64,000 nt of DNA from Acidimicrobiales bacterium (GTDB lineage: Bacteria > Actinomycetota > Acidimicrobiia > Acidimicrobiales > VFJN01). Under the pieces are notes generated by a model. It worked only from the letters and a program-made list of their open reading frames with translations, ran no database searches and was not told the origin of the DNA. Below, piece after piece: positions 42,931 through 52,708 of the stretch. Where the stretch lies: the NCBI GenBank assembly GCA_036563805.1, contig DATCLS010000050.1, positions 3,964 through 67,963 on the forward strand, given 5' to 3'. The translations under genes and the position numbers were made by a program. Each line of letters starts with the position of its first letter. Position 1 is the first letter of the stretch.

Positions 42931-43848
42931 ATGGAGCTCACGGCAGCCGAGGGCCGGGTGCTGGGGTGCCTCATCGAGAGGGCCGCCTTGGCGCCCGAGG
43001 CGTATCCCGTGTCGCTCAACACGCTCCGGCTCGCCTGCAACCAGACGACCAACCGCAACCCGATCGTCGCCTACGACGACCGCACGGTCGAGGACACGCT
43101 GCTGGCCCTCAAATCCAAGGGCCTGGCCCGGTTCGTCGACACGCTGCGGGGCGACCGGGCCATCCGCTACAGCCACCGGGCCGACCACCGCTGGCGCCTG
43201 GGGCCGGCCGACCTGGCGGTGCTGTCGGTGCTGCTGGTGGGCGGGCCGTTGCCCCTGTCCGAGATCGAAGCCCGGGCCCGGCGCCTGTACCCGTTCACCG
43301 ACACCGACGAGGTGCTGGCCGTGCTCGACGGGCTGGCGGCCCGCACGCCGTCGCCGTTCGCGGCCCGGCTCGACCCGCGCCCGGGGCCGGAGGCCCGTTG
43401 GGTCGAGGTCCTCACCGGCGACCCGCCCGCCAGCGTGGTCGACGGGAGGGCCGACGAGGCGGCCGACGGAGCGGGCACAGGTGGCGGCCGCGGCCGGGGC
43501 GAGGCCCGCGACGCGGGCTCCGCCGTGGTCGTGCCGCCGCGGCTCGTCCCGGCGCCGTCGTACGCCGAGCTGGCGGCCCGGGTGGCCGAGCTCGAGCGGC
43601 GCCTGGCGGCGGCCACCGAGCGGCCGGGAGCCCGGGGCGGCGCCGAGTGGCCGGGGCGGACCGTTCCGCTGGGCGACGCGCCCGACGACCGTTACGGCGG
43701 GCCCCGGTGGGGCGAGGCGGTGCCGCAAGAGCGGGCGCTGCCGGCCTCCGGCGTCCCGCTGGTGTCATTGGCCGACCTCGTCGACCGCCTGACCGACATC
43801 GAGCGCCGCTTGGCCCGTATCGAGGCCGAGCTGGGCGCCCTCCGCTGA
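42931..43848 (+). CDS. DUF480 (YceH/UPF0502) family protein with extended C-terminus
   Basis: ELTAAEGRVLGCLIERAALAPEAYPVSLNTLRLACNQTTNRNPIV matches the YceH N-terminal signature. ATG 42931 lies 9 nt after TAGGCT. Confidence 0.8.
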   Translation: MELTAAEGRVLGCLIERAALAPEAYPVSLNTLRLACNQTTNRNPIVAYDDRTVEDTLLALKSKGLARFVDTLRGDRAIRYSHRADHRWRLGPADLAVLSVLLVGGPLPLSEIEARARRLYPFTDTDEVLAVLDGLAARTPSPFAARLDPRPGPEARWVEVLTGDPPASVVDGRADEAADGAGTGGGRGRGEARDAGSAVVVPPRLVPAPSYAELAARVAELERRLAAATERPGARGGAEWPGRTVPLGDAPDDRYGGPRWGEAVPQERALPASGVPLVSLADLVDRLTDIERRLARIEAELGALR

Positions 43849-43880
43849 GGGCCGCCACCCGGGTCGGCAGCACCCCGACC

Positions 43881-44009
43881 GGCCGGGCCGTCGCCCGTCG
43901 GGCCGGGCCGTCGCCCGTCGGGCCGGGTCGCCGCCGTAGCGCCGCCGCCGTAGCGCCGTCGCGGGGTCGGGTTGTCGGGTTGGGTCGCCGCCGTAGCGCC
44001 GTCGCGGGG
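43881..44009. repeat. Short tandem/direct repeats in a convergent intergenic region
   Basis: ggccgggccgtcgcccgtcg x2 (43881-43920). gtcgccgccgtagcgccgtcgcgggg-type units recur at about 43927-43966 and 43982-44009. Confidence 0.7.
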
Positions 44010-44046
44010 CCGACCGCCCGAGCGTCCGACGCCCGGCCCCGTGCCG

Positions 44047-45432
<1,386 letters not shown>

Positions 45433-45612
45433 CGGCCGGAAGGTTAGGTGCCGCTCGCGCCCGCCATGGCGCAGGCGGGCCCCGGTTTTTCGGGCGATCG
45501 AGCCGGTCGATCCCCGCCCGGGCGGCCGCCGGGCGCGGTCGTGCGGCAGAAGTCACCACGGATCCGGCTTTCGACCGCCCGATGGGTCGTCGTCGGCGGC
45601 CGAACGACCGAT

Positions 45613-45819
45613 ATGGTGTTGAGCGTGACCGAGACCCGTGAGCTCGACGAGATGATCAGCGAGGCCCTCGCCGTGATCGACAAGGGCCTTGGCGACCTGC
45701 TCCACAGAGAGCTCGTGTCGTCCAACGAGGTCGCCGACCTCCTGCTCGACGTGCGGACCCTCCTCGCCAACCCGGGTTCGAACGACGAGAGCCGCGACGA
45801 CGTCGCGGTGCCCGGCTGA
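45613..45819 (+). CDS. Small acidic helical protein (68 aa), hypothetical
   Basis: ATG 45613 inside ORF 45448..45819. MVLSVTETRELDEMISEALAVIDKGLGDLLHRELVSSNEVADLLLDVRTLL. G/C-rich third codon positions. Confidence 0.45.
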   Translation: MVLSVTETRELDEMISEALAVIDKGLGDLLHRELVSSNEVADLLLDVRTLLANPGSNDESRDDVAVPG

Positions 45820-45949
45820 CCGGGCCGACACGACACGCTCTCCGCTGGGGGCCGCCCCGCCCTTGTCGGTGAGCCTCTCGGCGCGTGCCCCGACACGGGC
45901 CTCGTTGGGGTAGAGCGCGCCACGCCGCCGAGCGGCCCGAGCCCCGCGG

Positions 45950-46304
45950 CGACCCGCGCCCGGCGACCGCACCGGCCCGCTGGCGTGCGGGACTGGTCAG
46001 CCGCACGGGGACCGGTCAGCCGCCGCACGGGCACGGCCAGCCGGCGACCGCACCGGCCAGCCGGCGCACGGGGACCGGTCAGCTGGCGTGCGGGGACGGT
46101 CAGCCGCACGGGGACCGGCAGCCGCCGCACGGGGACCGGCCAGCCGGCGACCGCACCGGCCAGCCGGCGCACGGGGACCGGTCAGCCGCCGCACGGGGAC
46201 CGGTCAGCCGCCGCACGGGGACCGGTCAGCTGGCGTGCGGGGACCGGTCAGCCGCCGCACGGGGACCGGCCAGCCGGCGACCGCACCAGTCGGCGCGTCG
46301 GCGG
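45950..46304. repeat. Spacer-less tandem array, about 15 units of 19-22 bp (consensus GGTCAGCCGCCGCACGGGGACC)
   Basis: Consecutive units read directly from the sequence. Unit junctions form GACCGGTC. Variant units follow the order D-A'-A-B-C twice (103-bp higher-order period: 45974 and 46077), then A-A-D-A-B. The array abuts the stop codon of CDS 46305..46904. Confidence 0.9.
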
Positions 46305-46904
46305 TCAGCGCTTCAACGAGGTGTGCTTGAACTCGTTGAGCTCGGGGAAGTCGACCAGCAGGCCGATGACGCGGTCGATCGTGCGCTTGGCCAGCTCGCC
46401 GTCGCCCCGGGGCCGCTCCATGAGGCGGACGAACACCGCCTGATCGCCGCGCACGAACGTCGGCACGCCCCACACCTCGTGGTCCTGGGCCGCGGCCGTG
46501 TGCTCCTCGCGGACGGTGGCCAGCGGGCGGCCGGTGGCGATCTCGTCGAACACGGCGTCGGCGTCGACGCCGGAGGCGCTCAGCACCCGGCGGACCTCGT
46601 TCTCGTCCTCCAGGTGCTTCCCCTCGTCGTGGCGCAGCGCGAACAGGGCCTCGTGGGCGTCGAGGAAGCGCTCGGGGAAGCGGTCGCGGACCACGACCCC
46701 CGCCTGCAGGGCCAAGAGGCCCGTGTCGTCCTGGGGGCGCTGCCAGATGTCGGGCTCGCCCTCGCTCACGTGGACCTGAGCCAGCGAGAACGGTACCCAG
46801 CGGACGGACCACGACGCCCCGGCACGGAGCCCCTCGATGACGTGCTCGTGGGCGTTGCGGGCGAACGGGCAGCGGTAGTCCCAGGTGATGGCGAAGTCGG
46901 TCAT
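46305..46904 (-). CDS. DsbA-like thioredoxin-fold protein
   Basis: ATG 46904. ITWDYRCPFARNAHE N-terminal motif and WGVPTFV near the C-terminus are typical of the DsbA/HCCA-isomerase-like family. Confidence 0.75.
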   Translation of the reverse strand: MTDFAITWDYRCPFARNAHEHVIEGLRAGASWSVRWVPFSLAQVHVSEGEPDIWQRPQDDTGLLALQAGVVVRDRFPERFLDAHEALFALRHDEGKHLEDENEVRRVLSASGVDADAVFDEIATGRPLATVREEHTAAAQDHEVWGVPTFVRGDQAVFVRLMERPRGDGELAKRTIDRVIGLLVDFPELNEFKHTSLKR

Positions 46905-46942
46905 GCCGTTGCCAACAGGCCGGGTTCCGAACGAATTCCGCG

Positions 46943-47572
46943 TCAGGTGCGGGGAAGCGGCCACGCCCGGCGGGCGAGCCGGGCGAGCACGGCCCCGACC
47001 AGGGCGCCGGCCACGACGTCGGAGGCGTGGTGGTGGCGGACGTAGACCCGGCTGACGGCCACGAGGGCGCCGAGGCCGTAGTACAGCGGCCCCAGCGGGT
47101 CGCGCTCGCTGAGCAGCCCGGCGGCCGTGGCCGCCGAGGAGGCGTGCCCGGACGGGAAGCTGGACGTGCGGGGGACCCGGAGCCGGTAGGGCCGCTCGTG
47201 CTCCCACACGGGGCGGTGGCGGCGGAACAGGCTCTTGAGGCCGCCGTTCACGAGGGCGGACTCGACGCCCAGGACGGCCGCCACCCGCACGGCGTGGGCC
47301 AGCCGGCGGTCGGGGGCCAGCGCCCGGCTCGCGCTGACGAGGTGCCAGATCAGGCTGAAGTCGCCGAGGTCGGAGGCCGTGTACATGACCCGGTCGAGGA
47401 CGGGGTGGCCCCGCAGGCGGTCGAGCCGCCGGTCGACGGCGGCGTCGAAGGCGGCGATGAGGCCCGAGAGGCCCGGCGGGCCGGCGGGGCCGCGCTCGGC
47501 GGGCTCGGGGCGCGCCGACGCCCCGGCAGCGTACGAATCCGGGCTCGTCGCCTGGCGGCCGATCGAGACCAT
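46943..47572 (-). CDS. PAP2-family phosphatase
   Basis: KSLFRRHRP, PSGH and SRVYVRHHHASDV (the three PAP2 motifs). ATG 47572 inside ORF 46943..47758. Confidence 0.85.
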   Translation of the reverse strand: MVSIGRQATSPDSYAAGASARPEPAERGPAGPPGLSGLIAAFDAAVDRRLDRLRGHPVLDRVMYTASDLGDFSLIWHLVSASRALAPDRRLAHAVRVAAVLGVESALVNGGLKSLFRRHRPVWEHERPYRLRVPRTSSFPSGHASSAATAAGLLSERDPLGPLYYGLGALVAVSRVYVRHHHASDVVAGALVGAVLARLARRAWPLPRT

Positions 47573-47579
47573 CGCCCCG

Positions 47580-48533
47580 TCAGGACACGGCCGCAGCCGT
47601 GAGCTCGCCGGCGTCGTCGGCGGCGCCCTGACCGTCTTGGCCGGCGCCGCCGGCGGTGGGAGCCGCCGGGGCGCCCTCGCCGGCGTCGCCGTTCGTGCTG
47701 GCCTCGCCGTTCGTGCTGGCCTCGCCGTTCGCGCCGGCCTCGGCCGGCCGGGGGACACGGCTCGGATCGCCGCCGAAGGCGGGGCAGTAGGCCTGGAAGG
47801 CGCACCAATCGCACAGCCGCGACCGGTTGGGGCGGAAGTCCTCGCGCTCGCAGGCCCGCTCGACGGCCTTCCAGATGGCCCCCAGCGTGCGCCGCGTGCC
47901 CCGCGTCGACTGGTCGCTCGGCTCGGTGAGGATGGCCAGCGGCTGGCGCAGGTACAGCAGCTGGACCCGGCGGGGCCGGCGCCCGAGCAGCCGCTCGCAC
48001 AGCAGCGAGTAGATGTGGACGCCCGACAGCCGCTTGCGCTCGTACTGCGACGAGGGGGCGGCGCCGGTCTTGTAGTCGGTGACGACCAGCTCGCCGTCGG
48101 CGTCGAGCTCGAGGCGGTCGATGATGCCCCGCAGCGTCACCCCGTCGATCTCGGCTTCCATCGACAGCTCGAGGCCGATCGAGCGCACGGTCCGCGGGTC
48201 CTCGAGCTGGAAGTAGTGGCGGACCAGGGTGGCGGCATCGGCGTGGAAGGCGGCCTCGTCGTCGCCGGACAGCCCCAGGGCCGTGTACTCGGGGTCGTCG
48301 CGCAGGGCGGCCGCCGCCTCGTCGAGGCACCCGAGGGCGGCGTCGAGCGTGCGCTCGGCCGGCGGCAGCAGGTGGAGCCGTTCGAGGGCGGCGTGGACCA
48401 GCGTGCCCTTGGTGGCGGCGGGCGAGGGCGGCTCGGGCAGCTTGTCGATCACCGAGAACCGGAACGCGAGGGCGCAGTCGGTGAACGACGAGACCTTGGA
48501 CGGGCTGAGCGACCGCGGCACCGGAAACGCCAT
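47580..48533 (-). CDS. PD-(D/E)XK nuclease, RecB/Cas4-like, with a 4-Cys cluster
   Basis: GIIDRLE and VVTDYKTG nuclease motifs. Cys pattern C(20) ... CDWCAFQAYC as in Cas4/AddB Fe-S nucleases. The C-terminal tail has an NGEAST x2 repeat. Confidence 0.8.
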   Translation of the reverse strand: MAFPVPRSLSPSKVSSFTDCALAFRFSVIDKLPEPPSPAATKGTLVHAALERLHLLPPAERTLDAALGCLDEAAAALRDDPEYTALGLSGDDEAAFHADAATLVRHYFQLEDPRTVRSIGLELSMEAEIDGVTLRGIIDRLELDADGELVVTDYKTGAAPSSQYERKRLSGVHIYSLLCERLLGRRPRRVQLLYLRQPLAILTEPSDQSTRGTRRTLGAIWKAVERACEREDFRPNRSRLCDWCAFQAYCPAFGGDPSRVPRPAEAGANGEASTNGEASTNGDAGEGAPAAPTAGGAGQDGQGAADDAGELTAAAVS

Positions 48534-48545
48534 CGGCCAAAACTG

Positions 48546-49406
48546 TCACACGAGCCCGAGCCCGGCGCGGATGGCCGCGGCGACGGCGGGCGGGTCCTCC
48601 ATGGGGCCGAAGTGGGTGAGGTCGGGGAAGGTCTCGAGCCGGCCGTCGGGGAGCGCCTCGACCACCAGCGGAGCCATGCCGGCGGGCATCCCGCCGTCGC
48701 CGCTGGCCCCCACGGTGACCGGGCAGCGCACCTCTCCGAGGCGGGCGAACACGTCGGTGTCGAAGCTGGCCGAGAAAACCGCCGCCTCGACCTCGGGGGA
48801 GCACTTGAGCTCGACGCCGCCGGCCGGGAGGTCCCGGAACCCGTGGTCGACGTAGGCGCGGAGGGCGGCCGGCGTCAGCGTGTTCAGCGGCGGCTTGGAG
48901 GCGTAGTTGGCGTAGGCCGCCTCGCGGTCGGGGAACCGGGGCCGGCGCCGGCGGGCGGCGTCGGCCAGCGGGTTGCCGGCCGGGCGGGGCGTGCCCTCGG
49001 GCGGCGGCACGATGATCGGCTCGAACAGCCACAACCCGGCGAACGTGCCCGGCCGGGCCTGCTCGGCCATGACCAGGGCGGCGCCCCCCATGGAGTGCCC
49101 GACCCCCAGCAGGCCCCCGGCGGGGCGGCCGGCGTGCTCAACGATGTGGTCGACCGCGGCCCGCACGTCCGCGGCCATGCCCCGCCACTGGTAGTCGCCG
49201 TCGTCGGGGGCGGTGCTGTCGCCGTGGCCCCGGAAGTCGAGCGCCCAGCAGTGGGCCACCGGGGCCAGCTCGGCCGCTAGGGGCGCCCAGGTCAGGGCGT
49301 GGAAGCCCGTCGGGTGGCACAGCAGCAGCGCCGGGCCGTCGCCGCCCAGGTCGTGGAGCGCGAGCGTCACGCCATCGCTCGACGGGACGCGGTGCGTGGC
49401 TGGCAT
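48546..49406 (-). CDS. Alpha/beta hydrolase
   Basis: LLCHPTGFH and GHSMGG. ATG 49406 is preferred over the TTG at 49442 used by the ORF track. Confidence 0.8.
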   Translation of the reverse strand: MPATHRVPSSDGVTLALHDLGGDGPALLLCHPTGFHALTWAPLAAELAPVAHCWALDFRGHGDSTAPDDGDYQWRGMAADVRAAVDHIVEHAGRPAGGLLGVGHSMGGAALVMAEQARPGTFAGLWLFEPIIVPPPEGTPRPAGNPLADAARRRRPRFPDREAAYANYASKPPLNTLTPAALRAYVDHGFRDLPAGGVELKCSPEVEAAVFSASFDTDVFARLGEVRCPVTVGASGDGGMPAGMAPLVVEALPDGRLETFPDLTHFGPMEDPPAVAAAIRAGLGLV

Positions 49407-49444
49407 CCCGTCATCGTCGCCTCGTCCCGATAGGGTCGGCAACC

Positions 49445-49852
49445 GTGACCGAGGCAGTCGACGTCGACGCCGTCATCGCGGCCAACCGTGCCTTCTACGA
49501 CGCGTTCGAGGCGCGCGACATCGACGCCATGTCCGACCTGTGGGAGCACGGCGACGATGTCGTGTGCACCCATCCGGGGTGGCGCACGCTCCACGGGTGG
49601 GGCGCCGTGGCCGGCTCCTGGTTCGCGCTGTTCGGCAGCGGTTCGCCGATCCAGTTCATCCTGACCGACGAGCGGGTCCACGGCGCGGGCGACCTGGCCT
49701 GGGTCACCGTCGAGGAGAACCTGATCGGCGAGGGCCTGGGCGGCACGGTGGCCGCGCTCAACCTGTTCCGCCGGTCGGGCGGCCGGTGGCGCATGATCGC
49801 CCACCACGGCTCGCCGGTCGCCCCCTCCCGGCCGGCCCAGGGCCCGGGATAG
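49445..49852 (+). CDS. NTF2/SnoaL-like (DUF4440-type) protein
   Basis: VIAANRAFYDAFEARDIDAMSDLW ... GRWRMIAHHGS. GTG 49445 lies 8 nt after TAGGGT. Confidence 0.8.
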   Translation: MTEAVDVDAVIAANRAFYDAFEARDIDAMSDLWEHGDDVVCTHPGWRTLHGWGAVAGSWFALFGSGSPIQFILTDERVHGAGDLAWVTVEENLIGEGLGGTVAALNLFRRSGGRWRMIAHHGSPVAPSRPAQGPG

Positions 49853-49864
49853 CCTGCAGGGTCG

Positions 49865-50494
49865 GTGCAAGAACCTTCGGTGGAGGAGCCTCCGGCGCCG
49901 GTGGCGCCGGCCGTCCCGGCCGACGGGCGGGCCGCCCGGGCGCTGCGGACGCGCGAGGCGATCGTCGAGGCCTGCATCGCCATGGTCGAGGAGGGCGACT
50001 TGCGGCCCACCGCGCCGCGCCTGGCCGAGCGGGCGGGCGTGTCGGTGCGGTCGGTGTTCCAGCACTTCGACGACCTGCCGTCGCTCCACATCGCCGTGAT
50101 CGAGCGGATCTCCGAGCGGATGGCGGCGCTCGTCGTCCCGCCCGACACCGGGCTCCCGCTCGACGAGCGCATCGCCCGGTTCGTCGAGCACCGCAGCGCC
50201 CTGCTCGAGGCCGCCACGCCGTTCCGGCGGGCCGCCCAGGTCCACGGACCGTTCGCCCCCGAGATCCGGCGGGCGATCACCCAGGCCGAGTCTTACCTGA
50301 CCGCCGAGGTCGCGGCGACGTTCGCCCCCGAGCTGGACGCCGTGGCCGACCCCGACGAGCGCCGGGAGCTGCTCGAGGCGCTGGCGGTCGCCGCCGCCTG
50401 GTCGCCGTGGGACGTGCTCCGGGTCGAGCACGCGGTCCCGCTGGAGCGGGCCCGGGCCGTGATGGCCCGGACCCTGCGGGCGCTGCTCAGCTGA
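49865..50494 (+). CDS. TetR/AcrR-family transcriptional regulator
   Basis: REAIVEACIAMVEEGDLRPTAPRLAERAGVSVRSVFQHF HTH region. GTG 49865 lies 9 nt after TAGCCT. Confidence 0.85.
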   Translation: MQEPSVEEPPAPVAPAVPADGRAARALRTREAIVEACIAMVEEGDLRPTAPRLAERAGVSVRSVFQHFDDLPSLHIAVIERISERMAALVVPPDTGLPLDERIARFVEHRSALLEAATPFRRAAQVHGPFAPEIRRAITQAESYLTAEVAATFAPELDAVADPDERRELLEALAVAAAWSPWDVLRVEHAVPLERARAVMARTLRALLS

Positions 50495-51380
50495 GCGCCT
50501 CCATGGCGATCCGCAGCTCGTCGTTGAGGTCGGTGGGCACCTGGTAGCCCTCCTCGTTCCGGATCTCGTCGAACCGGTCGCGCACGGTCTCGGCCGTCAG
50601 CTCGGGATCGACGATGCCGGGCGTGACGCCGAGGAATACGCGGGCGACCCGGCCGCCGCCGACCGAGAAGATCTCGCCGCTCACCGGTACGTCCTCGTGC
50701 GCCAGCCAGGTGACGACGGGGGTGATCTGCTCGGGGGCCAGCTTGTCGGCCAGCGGGCCGAGGATGTCCTCGGTCATCCGGGTGCGGGCCACCGGCGCGA
50801 TGGCGTTGACCTTGATGTTGTTCTTGGCGCCCTCGACCGCCAGCACCCGGGTCAGGCCGACCAGGCCCATCTTGGCGGCCCCGTAGTTGGTCTGGCCGAA
50901 GTTGCCGAACAGTCCGGCGCCCGAGCTGGTGTTCACGATCCGGCCGTAGTTCTGCTCGCGCATGTGCTGCCAGGCCGGCTGGGTGACGTAGAACGCACCC
51001 TTGAGGTGGACGTCGAGGACCGGGCCGAGCTTGTCGGGGTCCATGTTCTTGAAGCTGGCGTCGCGCAGGATGCCGGCGTTGTTGATGATGATGTCGATGC
51101 GGCCGTAGGCGTCGAGCGCGGCCTGGACGATGGCCCGGCCGCCCTCGGGCGTGGCCACCGAGTCGTAGTTGGCCACGGCCTCGCCGCCGGCGGCCTTGAC
51201 CTCGTCCACGACGGCCTGGGCGGCGGTCGTCCCGCTGCCGGTGCCGTCGACCGCGCCCCCGAGGTCGTTCACGACCACCAGGGCGCCGCGCCGGGCGAGC
51301 TCGAGCACGTGCGACCGGCCGAGGCCGCCGCCCGCACCGGTGACGATCGCGACCTTGCCGTCGAATCCCAGATCAGCCAT
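50487..51380 (-). CDS. SDR-family oxidoreductase (hydroxyacyl-CoA dehydrogenase-like)
   Basis: VTGAGGGLGRS, NNAGILRD, YGAAKMG. ATG 51380 lies 7 nt after TACGCT. Confidence 0.9.
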   Translation of the reverse strand: MADLGFDGKVAIVTGAGGGLGRSHVLELARRGALVVVNDLGGAVDGTGSGTTAAQAVVDEVKAAGGEAVANYDSVATPEGGRAIVQAALDAYGRIDIIINNAGILRDASFKNMDPDKLGPVLDVHLKGAFYVTQPAWQHMREQNYGRIVNTSSGAGLFGNFGQTNYGAAKMGLVGLTRVLAVEGAKNNIKVNAIAPVARTRMTEDILGPLADKLAPEQITPVVTWLAHEDVPVSGEIFSVGGGRVARVFLGVTPGIVDPELTAETVRDRFDEIRNEEGYQVPTDLNDELRIAMEALS

Positions 51381-51455
51381 GGCGCGGAGCGTAGAGGGCG
51401 CCCCCCGAGCCCTCCGAATCGGGCGCGGCGCCGCTCGGAGGCCCGGGTCCGCCGG

Positions 51456-51629
51456 TCAGCGGCTCTGGCGGCGGGACCGGTGGTCGAGCCACGAGGCGCC
51501 GGCCAGCAGGACGTACACGGCGGTCACCGCGATCGCCACCCAGGCGTACCCGTCGGCGACCGGCGCCAGCAGCGCGCAGGCGCCCGCAGCGATGAGGAAG
51601 AAGACGGCTCGGCGGTCGACGTCGCCCAT
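51456..51629 (-). CDS. Small two-TM membrane protein (57 aa), below the ORF-track length cut-off
   Basis: My translation: MGDVDRRAVFFLIAAGACALLAPVADGYAWVAIAVTAVYVLLAGASWLDHRSRRQSR. Third codon positions are nearly all G/C. It lies directly downstream of the Pit gene. Confidence 0.4.
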   Translation of the reverse strand: MGDVDRRAVFFLIAAGACALLAPVADGYAWVAIAVTAVYVLLAGASWLDHRSRRQSR

Positions 51630-51683
51630 CAGCGGTCACCCATCGCGCTCACCCATCGTCACCCTCAGGCTGGCCGGCCCCCA

Positions 51684-52676
51684 TCAGTTGAACAGGTCCA
51701 CGAGCAGGAACGAGAGGAACGAGATCACGAACGAGCCGGGGATGGTCAGCACCCACGCCCACACGACCCGGCCGGCGACGCCCCAGCGGACCGCCGACAG
51801 CCGGCGGGCGGCGCCGACGCCCACGATGGCCCCGGTGATCGTGTGGGTGGTCGACACCGGGATGCCGGCGGCCGAGGTGGCGAACAGCGTGGCGGCGGCG
51901 GCCGACTCGGCGGCCACGCCCCCCACCGGCTGGAGGCGGGTGATCCGCGACCCCATGGTCTTCACGATCCGCCACCCCCCGGTCAGCGTGCCGAGGCCGA
52001 TGGCGGTGTGGGCGCACAGGACCACCCACAGCGGTGTCCCGGCGTCGGGGGCGGCGTGCCCGCTGGCGATGAGCAGGGCCAGGATGATGCCCATCGTCTT
52101 CTGGGCGTCGTTGGCGCCGTGCCCCAGGCTGAAGGCGGCCGCGGACAGCAGCTGACCCCGCCGGAAGCCGGTGTTGAGCAGCTCGAGTCGCCGGCTGCGG
52201 TGGAACACCCAGTAGATGACGAGCGTCAGGATCAGGCCGAAGGCCAGGCCGATCAGCGGCGACAGCACGATGAACACGCCGATCGTGCGCAGGCCGGTGC
52301 CGATCAGCACGTCGAAGCCGGCCTTGGCCACCGCCGCCCCGGCGATGCCGCCGACCAACGCGTGCGAGGAGCTGGTCGGAAGGCCCAGGTAGAACGTGAT
52401 CAGGTCCCAGACGATGGCGCCGACCAGGCCGGCGAACACCACGCCGATCGACAGGACGTCCTGGTGGACGACGTCCTTGGCGATGGTCGACGCCACCTCG
52501 TCGCCGAAGACTAAGAAGGCGGCGAAGTTGAAGAAAGCCGCCCACATGACCGCCACCCGGGGTGACAGCACGCGGGTGGACACGACCGTCGCGATCGAGT
52601 TGGCCGCGTCGTGGAAGCCGTTGACGAAGTCGAAGCCGAGCGCGACGGCGATGACGAGGAGGACGGTCAGTTCCAT
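51684..52676 (-). CDS. pit: Inorganic phosphate transporter, PiT family
   Basis: GFDFVNGFHDAANSIAT and GHGANDAQKTMG signature repeats. Confidence 0.9.
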   Translation of the reverse strand: MELTVLLVIAVALGFDFVNGFHDAANSIATVVSTRVLSPRVAVMWAAFFNFAAFLVFGDEVASTIAKDVVHQDVLSIGVVFAGLVGAIVWDLITFYLGLPTSSSHALVGGIAGAAVAKAGFDVLIGTGLRTIGVFIVLSPLIGLAFGLILTLVIYWVFHRSRRLELLNTGFRRGQLLSAAAFSLGHGANDAQKTMGIILALLIASGHAAPDAGTPLWVVLCAHTAIGLGTLTGGWRIVKTMGSRITRLQPVGGVAAESAAAATLFATSAAGIPVSTTHTITGAIVGVGAARRLSAVRWGVAGRVVWAWVLTIPGSFVISFLSFLLVDLFN

Positions 52677-52708
52677 GGCGGCGGTTCAGGGGCGGGGGGC
52701 GCCGGGTC

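Noticed and set aside
45770-45785. tRNA-like T-loop sequence GGGTTCGAAC
   Set aside because: It lies inside a plausible small CDS, and no acceptor, anticodon or D-arm pairing can be drawn around it. I found no tRNA, rRNA, tmRNA or RNase P-like segment anywhere in the window.
45950-46304. Possible CRISPR array
   Set aside because: The units are directly adjacent with no unique spacers. Unit length (19-22 bp) is below typical CRISPR repeats. No cas genes or leader are present. The nearby Cas4-like nuclease by itself is not evidence for CRISPR.
45950-46304. Plasmid or chromosomal replication origin (iterons)
   Set aside because: The 22-bp periodicity resembles iterons. However, I see no rep, dnaA or par genes, DnaA boxes or an AT-rich unwinding element nearby. 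This is kept only as a remote hypothesis inside the finding.
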